Source: Bacillota bacterium (GTDB lineage: Bacteria; Bacillota; Limnochordia; Darwinibacteriales; Darwinibacteriaceae). Taken from it: a stretch of DNA of 60,862 nucleotides. A program made the position numbers and the translations under genes. The stretch covers positions 1-60,862 of the forward strand of contig JAAYMM010000017.1 in the NCBI GenBank assembly GCA_012521335.1, given 5' to 3'. How positions within the stretch are numbered: the first letter of the stretch is position 1; the number at the start of each line of letters is the position of its first letter. The notes beneath the pieces were generated by a model. That model saw only the letters and a program-made list of their open reading frames with translations, made no database searches and was not told the origin of the DNA. This document shows positions 19,469-28,295 of this stretch, piece by piece.

Positions 19469-22400
19469 GGCCCCTCTCCCCCTTCCACAAGCCCGTAACG
19501 CTCCAGGATGCCCCGATACTCTTCCCCCAGTTCCGGTGGATCCCAATCCAAGCGCCAGACATGGGTGTAGTGATCCCAAAACAGCTCCTTCCAGCGCTCA
19601 TCCAGCTCTTCCAGTTCAGTCTCGTAGCCAAACTCCGAGCGCTTACGGGCGATCTCTTTGTCGATCTCCCGGGCATAGTCCAGGACTGATTCCCGCACGG
19701 GAGCATTGTGCAGCACTACGGCCCTGAACAGCCAGTCAAACTGCCTGGTTACGTAGTACCCGCCCAGAACAGGCGGCACTCCTTCCACCCAATCCCACTG
19801 AGTGTTGAGCTGTTCCCGCTCCTCTACCCTCCAGGGCAGCTCCTGCATAGCCTCCACATTAGCTGTGGCATAACGGGCACTGGCGCCAATCAAGGCTTCC
19901 AGTTCCCGGCCGAAGCGGACCTGGGTCTCTTTGCTGGTCCACCACTTGAGGAACTCCCAAGCTTCCTGTTTGCGCTCGGATTTTTCCAAGATGATGGAAC
20001 CCGTTGTTCCGCTGGGCATGATCACCGCCCCCAGCTGATCGGTGCGGATCTGCAGGGCGTCCTGGGCCACGGGCACAGCCCGGTTAATGGTGCCATCAGG
20101 CTGCAGCGTCCCAGGGATGGGAGCCATACCCCACTGCCCCCTGAGTTCGGTGGCAAAAACCGAGAGGGTGTTGAACTCGGCGTAGTTGGCGATGGCCAGC
20201 GGCATCTCGCCCATGCGGAAACGGTTGATGAAGTTGTACTGCAGGGGCAGGCCCGATTGGGTAAAGAGATTGGTCATTTGGGCAAAAATGTCGATGGCGG
20301 CATGGGCTGTGAGGTTGGTTTGAATCACATCCTCTTTGTAGAGGCTGATCCCATTCTGGTACAGAAACTGCACAAAAGTGTACATACTTGGCCAGATGCC
20401 GAACTCCAGGTGATGATTCTGCAGCTCGGGCAGAATGCGCAGAACATCATCCCAGGTCTGGGGAATCTCCAGACCCAGTTCGTCAAGAATATCCTTGCGG
20501 TAGAACAGAATGGGGAAGCTCTGCACTTCCGGCAGGGCGAACACCTTGTCCCGGAAGCGGAACGCCAGCAGGGCCGATTTCTTAAAGCGTTGAGCCACTT
20601 CGGGGAAGTCGGGAAACTGGGTCAGATCAGCCACAGCGCCGCGGAAAGCCAGGTCCATATTGGCCGCCCCGATGGCCACATCAGGCTGGTTGCCGGCAAT
20701 GGTAGCCGGGACCAGCAGTTGATCCATATACGTAATCAGCTCCAGATCAACGTGGATGCCTGTCGCGGGCGTGAAGCTGTCCTCGATCATCTGCTTGAGG
20801 ATCTGGGCCTGGTCCCGGCCGAGCCCGATCCACACCTTAATCCGCTTGGCGGGTTCTGCGCTCGCCGCGTCCCCGCTGATATCATGGATGGTGGTGTAAT
20901 CGCGGACAAAGGAAGATAGAAAAGAGCGGACTTCGTGCACCACCACTTCCCAGAAGGTTGGTTGGGCCCTGGGCATCTCCTGCTCGGGAGAAGCCACCAC
21001 CAAAAAGTCGATCTGCAGGGGCTGGCGCCGGGAGGTCATGATCCAGGTGCCCAGCTGTCCGATGGCATCACGGTATTCCTGGAGCAGATTGGGGATGGCA
21101 TCAGGCTTCTCATACATGCGCTCCAGCATGCGGGCAAAGTCCAGCAGAGCCGCGGAGTGGCCCAGATGCTGAGTGATCCGCTGGACTTCCCCAGCTAGCA
21201 AACGCAGATCATCGGCCCCCGCCTTGATCCGCTCCAAGAGCTGCGGCACGCGCTGTTCCAGCTGGTAGCTGCGCATGGGGTCTGGTGTGGGCGAGGTGAT
21301 CATGATTATGCTGCGGTAGATACCGTTGAGCCCATAGAGCAGCTCTTCGGCAAACTCAATCAGGGGGCCCAGCTCACCCAGGACCGCTTCGAGGCGGATT
21401 TCGTGCCGCCCTTTGGTGAGGTAAAACAGGTAGGGCTCGCCCTGCTCCTCTTCTCCCAGCTGCTTCATCTCATAGCGCGAGGAAAAGCGGAAGGGGATCG
21501 CGGCCACCTCGGCAAAGGGCACTTCTCCATCGATAAGCAGCCTGCGGTGGCTCACATCACCCCTGTTGATGTTCTGCTTGGCCTTAATGGCGATCTTGTA
21601 GTAGCCGTCCTGGGGAATATCCACCTGCCAGGCGATCCAGTCGCCCACCTCCGTCCAGCGGTGGCCGCCTATGGAATTGAGCCTCGTTTCTGCGTGGTGA
21701 TAGGGCACTACGGTGGGATCTCCTGGATCGGCCACGGCAAACAAGGAGGGGCTGGAGCGGTAGCTGGACGCTTCCCCTTCGATCTGCAGGAAAATGCCCC
21801 GTACGTCCGCAGCCTCGGGCTGCTGAACCCGCACCTGGGCGTAGGGCTGAGGAACCGGCGCCTGACACAGCCGTAGGTGCCCAATAATCATGGGCTCCGC
21901 TCGGGAATGGAGGCGGATGGTGTTCCAACCCCGCTGGAAGTAAAAGAAGAAGGGATTCTGCTCATAGCCCTCGGCATCGCTGAGAAAAACCGTCTGCCAC
22001 ATGGGCTGTTCTACCTGGCGCGGCCGAATCTCATTGCCCGCGGCGTCAAAGCGGGAGGGGCCTGCATCGCCGAACACCCGCCGAAAAACTAGGTACTCCG
22101 CGCTGGCGAAGGGCAGCTGCCCGTTCACTTCTATGCTGCGTTCAATGGCCGTGCTGCGCCCGGGAGCGGGATAATAGCAGAGTTCAATATTGTACAACCC
22201 TGCTTCCTCCACCCAGACGTTCCATTCGATCATGCCCTGTTCATCGACCCAAACGGCCAGCCCGGGATAGCCCTCATACTGCGGCAGCACTTCCGTGCGG
22301 GCGGTGGCCCGGCGAAAGGAAACTGCCGAGATGGGCACGGCGTGTTCAGGGAAAACCGGCTCAGGGACAGCGGCCAGATACTCACGATAGGTGGGCGCTG

Positions 22401-22503
22401 TCTGGGCAGCTCTAGCTTGCTCCCCACAGCCTACCAGGGCAGCTAGGAACAGCAGGCCGCCGAGGATGAGAATGAACTCTGGTCGCAGGCGCCTGGCGAG
22501 CAT
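19465..22503 (-). CDS. Giant (1012 aa) extracellular solute-binding protein with N-terminal CBM-like beta-sandwich domains
   Basis: Lipobox-like LVGC; beta-rich repeats (WNVWVEEAGLYNIELCY, IAWQVDIPQDGYYKIAIK); C-terminal sugar SBP (WIGLGRDQAQIL, LFYRKDILDELG, AWEFLKWWTS). Confidence 0.85.
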   Translation of the reverse strand: MLARRLRPEFILILGGLLFLAALVGCGEQARAAQTAPTYREYLAAVPEPVFPEHAVPISAVSFRRATARTEVLPQYEGYPGLAVWVDEQGMIEWNVWVEEAGLYNIELCYYPAPGRSTAIERSIEVNGQLPFASAEYLVFRRVFGDAGPSRFDAAGNEIRPRQVEQPMWQTVFLSDAEGYEQNPFFFYFQRGWNTIRLHSRAEPMIIGHLRLCQAPVPQPYAQVRVQQPEAADVRGIFLQIEGEASSYRSSPSLFAVADPGDPTVVPYHHAETRLNSIGGHRWTEVGDWIAWQVDIPQDGYYKIAIKAKQNINRGDVSHRRLLIDGEVPFAEVAAIPFRFSSRYEMKQLGEEEQGEPYLFYLTKGRHEIRLEAVLGELGPLIEFAEELLYGLNGIYRSIIMITSPTPDPMRSYQLEQRVPQLLERIKAGADDLRLLAGEVQRITQHLGHSAALLDFARMLERMYEKPDAIPNLLQEYRDAIGQLGTWIMTSRRQPLQIDFLVVASPEQEMPRAQPTFWEVVVHEVRSFLSSFVRDYTTIHDISGDAASAEPAKRIKVWIGLGRDQAQILKQMIEDSFTPATGIHVDLELITYMDQLLVPATIAGNQPDVAIGAANMDLAFRGAVADLTQFPDFPEVAQRFKKSALLAFRFRDKVFALPEVQSFPILFYRKDILDELGLEIPQTWDDVLRILPELQNHHLEFGIWPSMYTFVQFLYQNGISLYKEDVIQTNLTAHAAIDIFAQMTNLFTQSGLPLQYNFINRFRMGEMPLAIANYAEFNTLSVFATELRGQWGMAPIPGTLQPDGTINRAVPVAQDALQIRTDQLGAVIMPSGTTGSIILEKSERKQEAWEFLKWWTSKETQVRFGRELEALIGASARYATANVEAMQELPWRVEEREQLNTQWDWVEGVPPVLGGYYVTRQFDWLFRAVVLHNAPVRESVLDYAREIDKEIARKRSEFGYETELEELDERWKELFWDHYTHVWRLDWDPPELGEEYRGILERYGLVEGGEGP

Positions 22504-22516
22504 GTTGCTTTCCCCC

Positions 22517-23644
22517 TTAGTCTTCCTGTGCAGTGCTGTACTGCCCTTGGTTCTCCTTCCAAGGTGTGGACGGATCCACTATGGCCCAGAAACTGGGCTT
22601 AGGATTGCCCTGCCGGTCAAAAAGCAGCGGATAATCAGGGCGGTTGGGGACCGGGAAGTGGTTCTTCCAGCTGTGGTTGTCCTTCACACCCCAGAAAGTC
22701 ACCCGTTCGATCACGTGAGAATAGTCCTTAAACAGCCTGAAGAGAGCGGCATAGCGGTTGGCCTGCTGCTCCTGCACAGCCTCTGGCAGACCGTTGGGAT
22801 AGCGGTTGCTGCGATCATTCCAAGTGTAGACGCTCACGTCCAGCTCGGTGATGTGCACCTTTACTCCCAGGGAGGAGTAAAGCTCAATGGCTTCACGGAT
22901 AGCCTCAATGCTGGGATGCTGGAGATCCCAGTGCCCCTGCATGCCGATGCCATCAACACGAATTCCCTTGTCCAAAAGCCCCTTGACCAAGGCGTAGATG
23001 GCATCCCGTTTGGGAGCGTCTGCAGCGTTATAATCGTTGTAATAGAGCTCCGCATCGGGATCCGCTTCCTGAGCAAACCGGAAGGCGTGTTCAATATAGT
23101 CATCGCCGATAATCCGCCGCCAGGGCGTATCCCGCAGCTCCCACTTCCCTGTGGCCGCATTGTATTCGATAGCCTCGTTAACCACATCCCAGCCCTTGAC
23201 CCTGCCTTTGAAGCGGCCCATTACGGTCTTGATGTGCTCCTCCATCCGGGCCAGCAGGGCCTCACGGCTCACTTCCCTGCCGTTCTCATCTTTGAACACC
23301 CAGTCTGGAGTCTGGTTGTGCCAGATCAGGGTATGCCCGATCACCTGCATGCCGTGTTCTTCAGCGTAGCGGATGAGGTTCTCGGCTTGGACAAAGCGGA
23401 ACTCGCCCGGCCTGGGCTGCAGCGCCTCCCACTTCATCATGTTCTCCGCTGTGACGGCATTGAAATGGTCCAGCAGCGGTTCGTCCAGCCAGTAGTCGGA
23501 CCGGGCCGCAAAACCGATCAGGAAATCATTGGCGTAAATCTCTTTCAGCATAGGTATCCCTCCAACTTCTGCCCTTGCCGGGCTGTAGAATGCACAAAGC
23601 ATCAGCAGCAGCAGCAAACTCCACACAGAAAACCTGGCCTTCAT
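22517..23644 (-). CDS. GH10 endo-1,4-beta-xylanase with Sec signal peptide
   Basis: TAENMMKW, GHTLIWH, acid/base WDVVNEA, nucleophile ITELDV, PLLFD. Confidence 0.96.
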   Translation of the reverse strand: MKARFSVWSLLLLLMLCAFYSPARAEVGGIPMLKEIYANDFLIGFAARSDYWLDEPLLDHFNAVTAENMMKWEALQPRPGEFRFVQAENLIRYAEEHGMQVIGHTLIWHNQTPDWVFKDENGREVSREALLARMEEHIKTVMGRFKGRVKGWDVVNEAIEYNAATGKWELRDTPWRRIIGDDYIEHAFRFAQEADPDAELYYNDYNAADAPKRDAIYALVKGLLDKGIRVDGIGMQGHWDLQHPSIEAIREAIELYSSLGVKVHITELDVSVYTWNDRSNRYPNGLPEAVQEQQANRYAALFRLFKDYSHVIERVTFWGVKDNHSWKNHFPVPNRPDYPLLFDRQGNPKPSFWAIVDPSTPWKENQGQYSTAQED

Positions 23645-23661
23645 CACACACCTCCCGTGTA

Positions 23662-24606
23662 TTACCCCACAATTCCCGTACGCTCCACGCTCTCCACGAA
23701 GTAGCGCTGCAGGAAGACGTAGAGGATCAAAAGGGGCAGGATCACCAAAAGCATTCCGGCATTGTTGATCAGAGAATAGAAGTGATCGTCGAGGAAACCG
23801 CTGGTTGACGCCAGCGCATCGGCCTCGTCGATGGCTTTGGCCACGCGCGAGGCCGCGCCTTCCAGGGCTTGGGGCAGGAAATTGCGCCCGGCCATAAAGG
23901 TGGTTACATACAGGTAGTCATTCCACTGCCAGACAAAGGAGAAGAGAAATGTGGTGATCAAGCCCGGGACAGCACCGGGAATCATCACCCTCCAAAAAGC
24001 GGCGAAGGGGCCCGCCCCATCGATGTAAGCCGCTTCTTCCAGCTCTTTGGGCATGCCACGGAAGAACTGGCGCATGATGAAGATGTACAAACCGCAGCGG
24101 AAACCCGTACCGGTTAAGCTCATGAGGATGAAAGGCCAGTAGGTGCCGATCAGGTTGAGCGAGCGGCCCTTGAGCAGACCCAAAAAGTCAAAGAAGCGGA
24201 AACTGAGATAGGTTGGGGTCATGATCAGCTGAGGCGGGATGATCAAGGTAAAGATGGCCAGGCCAAAGATGAGTTTGCTTCCGGGAAACCGAAAACGGGC
24301 CAGGCCGTAGCCCACCATGGAACAGGTAATCAGCTGCAGAGCGCTGGTTAAGGCCGTCAAAAACAGCGACCTCATGAAAGCACGGGGGTATTCCATATGC
24401 TCCCACACCAGCCTGAAGTTGCGCAGAGTTGGATTCCTGGGTATCCAGCGCACGGACTGATCATACAAGTCTTCGATGCTCATGAGCGCCGTGGACAGCC
24501 GATAGATCAGGGGCAGCAGGATCACGTAAGCGATGCCGATCAACAACACCGTGCGCAGCAGGGCCACCACGCGTTTTCTCCACTTTTCCTTGGCTGCTAG
24601 GCTCAT
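23662..24606 (-). CDS. Carbohydrate ABC permease (MalG-like)
   Basis: ELEEAAYIDGAG motif; ATG 24606 has the best SD spacing. Confidence 0.92.
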   Translation of the reverse strand: MSLAAKEKWRKRVVALLRTVLLIGIAYVILLPLIYRLSTALMSIEDLYDQSVRWIPRNPTLRNFRLVWEHMEYPRAFMRSLFLTALTSALQLITCSMVGYGLARFRFPGSKLIFGLAIFTLIIPPQLIMTPTYLSFRFFDFLGLLKGRSLNLIGTYWPFILMSLTGTGFRCGLYIFIMRQFFRGMPKELEEAAYIDGAGPFAAFWRVMIPGAVPGLITTFLFSFVWQWNDYLYVTTFMAGRNFLPQALEGAASRVAKAIDEADALASTSGFLDDHFYSLINNAGMLLVILPLLILYVFLQRYFVESVERTGIVG

Positions 24607-24621
24607 ACTCATACCTCCCTG

Positions 24622-25521
24622 CTAGACGTGATAAAACCCCCGGCGCGAGAGCAGGCCAAACACCGCGAGCAGCACCAGGCCGATGGCGGCAAAATAGATC
24701 ATGGCCATGGCCATGCTGACCCCGTAACCGGCACCGCGCAGCATGGTCTCCCGGATGAGATCCACCAACTTGTTGTTCATGGCTGTGAAAGAGTCGATGA
24801 TCGTGTAGATGATGTTCACTAGAATCAAGGGGCCCATCATGGGGAAGGTGATCAGCCAGAAACGCTCCCAGCCCGTGGCCCCCTCCACGCTGGCTGCTTC
24901 GTACACTTCCCTGGGGATGGACTGCAGCCCCGCGAGGAAGATCAAAATCTGCACGCCGGACGCCCGGATCACTGTGGGCAGGGCTTGGATGGCATCGGCG
25001 ACGTAATCCACCATGCCCGCGGGAAAGCGCGCCGCATCGAAAAAGCTCTGCACGGCAGCCCCGCCGAAAAAGGGAGCACTCTGCTGCAGATGGGTAACCA
25101 TGATCTGGGCGTAGTCTTTCATCTCCATCTTCAGCACCACACCGGCGCTGAGGATGACCGGCAGGAAAAACAGGGTCCTGACGAAAGTGCGCCCCCTAAA
25201 GTCGCTGTTGAGGATGGTAGCGGCAAAGAAGCTGAAACCGATGATCATGGGCAGCTCCGTTGCCAGTTTCACCAGCACTTCAGTGAACGTCTTGGAAAAC
25301 TCCGGATGCACCTGCAGGGCATAGCCATAATTTGCCCACCCTTTCCACTGGAGCTCAAAGGTTTCTGGTGTGAGCACTAGGTCGCTGAAGCTGATCACCA
25401 CTGCTTGATAGAAGGGGACGGCAAACAGGAAGATAAAGCCCACCAGGAAGGGGACGGTAAACAGAAACCCAACCAGCTTCTGCCGGTGCGCGAAGGCCAT
25501 GGGCCGTCTTTTCCTCTTCAT
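24622..25521 (-). CDS. Carbohydrate ABC permease (MalF-like)
   Basis: VYEAASVEGATGW motif. Confidence 0.92.
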   Translation of the reverse strand: MKRKRRPMAFAHRQKLVGFLFTVPFLVGFIFLFAVPFYQAVVISFSDLVLTPETFELQWKGWANYGYALQVHPEFSKTFTEVLVKLATELPMIIGFSFFAATILNSDFRGRTFVRTLFFLPVILSAGVVLKMEMKDYAQIMVTHLQQSAPFFGGAAVQSFFDAARFPAGMVDYVADAIQALPTVIRASGVQILIFLAGLQSIPREVYEAASVEGATGWERFWLITFPMMGPLILVNIIYTIIDSFTAMNNKLVDLIRETMLRGAGYGVSMAMAMIYFAAIGLVLLAVFGLLSRRGFYHV

Positions 25522-25522
25522 C

Positions 25523-28264
25523 TTACTTCCCCCCTTGCACAACCACGAAGCCCACTCCCGGAACCGCAACGTCCGCAGAGAGCTGATAGGGCTGCGCGGT
25601 GTAGTTCACCACTAGCTGAAGGCCGTTGTGGTAAGTCGTAGCACACACATTGGGGGCCAGCACCTGGTGATCGGTGATCACCAGGGGCCATTGGCTGCCC
25701 AAGACATCCCGCACCTGGTTGTAGACGGCGAGCAGTTCCCCCTTGATCTCCCGGAACTGCGTGGAGAGGAGGTAGTCGAAATCTGTGTTTTTGGTGGCAG
25801 ATGACGGTTCCCAGGAAAGGGCGAAATAAGGAATGGCTCCCGTCTCCAGCAGCTTGAGCAGGTAGAAAGCTCCCCTGTGGTCAGATAGGTTGAAAGGTTC
25901 TCCCGCATACTCCACCAACCCGCTCACCACGAGGGCATAGAACGGTACAGTCTGATGGAGAATGGCCTCGCCGCGGGCAAACAGGGGCGCTTCCACCAAC
26001 ACCTCGGCGTAGGGCAGCAGATAGGCGTTGCTGCCTGCGATCATGAGCCCTCTGTCCGCGGACAGCCTGCTCACTTCCTGAGCAATGATTTCTGCGGCCA
26101 TCACCCGGTCTACCAAGGTGGCGGGGTTAAGGCGGTAGTCGCCGTAGAGCAGCAGCCCCAAATCGCCCAGGGCCAGCCTGGAAAGGCCGTAGGAGTTGTA
26201 CTCCTTGAGGAACGCGTCGATCACCCCGGATAGCCGGGCCGGAGATAACAAGGGTATCTGCCGCTGGTCAATGGGCTGGTAGGTGGCAATGTGGAATGTG
26301 TTGAGCACAGCGGCACTGCGATCCAAGCCCCTGGGAGCATGGATAAATTGAACATAAAGGTCCAAAAGGTTGTTGCGGTGCACGCGCAGGAAGTCTACGC
26401 TGGGGTATAAGGCTACACCAAGCTCCTCCAGGGACCTGCTCAATTGCTGCCAGGTGCGCTGAGTGCCGGCGGCCTTCTCCAGAAGCGCTCCCCGGGGGTA
26501 AACATGGCGGATGCCGCCGCGCAGCCAACCCAGGTAGCGCACTTTGAGCTCGTCGACTCCCGCAGCCAGCAGATCATCCACGATCAGCCGCACCTGTTCG
26601 TGAGTGGTGAGCGGCTCCACCACGTTGGTGGGTATGCCCAATACGGGCTTGATCTGGTCAAACGATCCCAAAACATCCACCAGCAGAGGCAGCCCAGATC
26701 TGGATGGCAGCAGCGTTAAGCCGTGCTTCTCCATGAGATAATGCCGATAGGCTCTGGCCATGCCTGCATAACTGGTGTCTTCTTCTGGGAGGAACACGTA
26801 ACGCAGGACAATATCATTCTTGTTCAGACGGGCCTGGTACATCAGGATGGACAGCCGCCTCAGGTGGATGAGCTCACCCTCGGCCTCCATGTTCACCCGG
26901 GCTGAAGAACGGACCTCAAAGGATGCCCAGACTCTGTTGTAGGAATCGCGCATGCCGGGCAGCATGGCTTCAATCCGGGCCGAGGCATCACCCTCTTCAA
27001 TGATGGCCAGAAAGGCCTGTCCGTTGTTCACCATCCCGAAGACGGGAAGATAAATCTGCTCTTTGAGCATCGCGGAATATTCCCTCAGGGGCACAGCCGC
27101 GTAATCCTGACCGTACACCCTGCGGCTGTAAGGTTCCGCCAGCGGCGTGGGGCGGTTGAAGTAGATCAGTGCCCCCGAACCATCAGGGACAAACATGTAG
27201 CCTGCATCCTCTGCGCCGCCGGCGCCAAAATAGGGCAGCACACTGAGGGTGGTCAGGGGATAAGATACCTCCCGCTCATTCTTGGCATCCCACACCCGAT
27301 CAGGAAAAGTGATTTCCTCCGCAGGGATCCGCACAAGCAGGTCTCCTCCATCCAGGAGGTATTCCACCACAACTGTAAACTGGCGGAGATCGGGATAGGG
27401 CGGAGCGACATTGTAGTACTCATGATCGAAGGCCACGTCTTCCGGCGTGTAGCCAGCTGCCTTGACCAGTTGGATAGCATCCTCTATGTCCCACTGCATC
27501 ACATTCCATTTCAAAAGCAGGGTGGGAGTATTGCGCAGGGCCACGATCTCTTCCGGCTTTACATCCCCCAACGAAGCGTACTGCTTGTGATCCCTGATCA
27601 ACACCAGGTACTCTTGGAACAGACGCCTTTTGTCTGCGGTGCGGAACCGGGGCTCATCGACCTTGATGCCCCAACCGTCCAAAAGGCGGTCGAAGTCCAC
27701 GCCCATAATGCTCAAGTCTTCACCGCTGTCATAGCCCTCTTCTAAACTAAAGAGGCCGTACATGTCGCGCAGAAAGGCGCGATCCTTTTCCTTGGCGATG
27801 TTGGCCAGGATCAGCTCGTTGAACCGCTCTTCGGAAATGATGGTAGGCAGGTAATCCCGATCCTGCCAAGTCTTGCCGAACTTGTATTCTACCCGCAGCC
27901 CTTGCTCCAAGGGGATGATCGTGTACTGCCCGTGGGCCACGCTGTCGTTGAAGCTGTCCATCTGCTGCTGTTGGTTGGCCGCGTAGTAGGTAATCACCAG
28001 CTGCGAGCTCAACCGCGCCTTAGCGGCGCCCCTGGCCAGCGTCTCCTGCTGATCTCTCCCGGGAGGATTGGAGAACCAGAGCGCACCCGTCTCCTTGTGC
28101 AGCAGGGCGATCTCAGCGGTATCCGGCTTGAAGTACAGCTCCAGGAACTCGTTTTCTGCTCCCTTTTGGAAACCGGGAGGCAGATCGGCAGCGCCTGCTG
28201 TGGCTGTCCAGGCGGCCAGGGCCACCAGGAGCGCAGCCAACAGGACAAGCAGTCTCGCACGCAT
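25523..28264 (-). CDS. Large secreted uncharacterised protein, DUF5696-like (913 aa)
   Basis: Signal peptide; segments YMFVPDGSGALIYFN, VYGQD, LPVFG, RYLGWLRGG recalled as typical of proteins in this conserved ABC neighbourhood. Confidence 0.7.
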   Translation of the reverse strand: MRARLLVLLAALLVALAAWTATAGAADLPPGFQKGAENEFLELYFKPDTAEIALLHKETGALWFSNPPGRDQQETLARGAAKARLSSQLVITYYAANQQQQMDSFNDSVAHGQYTIIPLEQGLRVEYKFGKTWQDRDYLPTIISEERFNELILANIAKEKDRAFLRDMYGLFSLEEGYDSGEDLSIMGVDFDRLLDGWGIKVDEPRFRTADKRRLFQEYLVLIRDHKQYASLGDVKPEEIVALRNTPTLLLKWNVMQWDIEDAIQLVKAAGYTPEDVAFDHEYYNVAPPYPDLRQFTVVVEYLLDGGDLLVRIPAEEITFPDRVWDAKNEREVSYPLTTLSVLPYFGAGGAEDAGYMFVPDGSGALIYFNRPTPLAEPYSRRVYGQDYAAVPLREYSAMLKEQIYLPVFGMVNNGQAFLAIIEEGDASARIEAMLPGMRDSYNRVWASFEVRSSARVNMEAEGELIHLRRLSILMYQARLNKNDIVLRYVFLPEEDTSYAGMARAYRHYLMEKHGLTLLPSRSGLPLLVDVLGSFDQIKPVLGIPTNVVEPLTTHEQVRLIVDDLLAAGVDELKVRYLGWLRGGIRHVYPRGALLEKAAGTQRTWQQLSRSLEELGVALYPSVDFLRVHRNNLLDLYVQFIHAPRGLDRSAAVLNTFHIATYQPIDQRQIPLLSPARLSGVIDAFLKEYNSYGLSRLALGDLGLLLYGDYRLNPATLVDRVMAAEIIAQEVSRLSADRGLMIAGSNAYLLPYAEVLVEAPLFARGEAILHQTVPFYALVVSGLVEYAGEPFNLSDHRGAFYLLKLLETGAIPYFALSWEPSSATKNTDFDYLLSTQFREIKGELLAVYNQVRDVLGSQWPLVITDHQVLAPNVCATTYHNGLQLVVNYTAQPYQLSADVAVPGVGFVVVQGGK

Positions 28265-28295
28265 ATGCTTTCAGCCCCTCTCAGAACGCTTCCAG

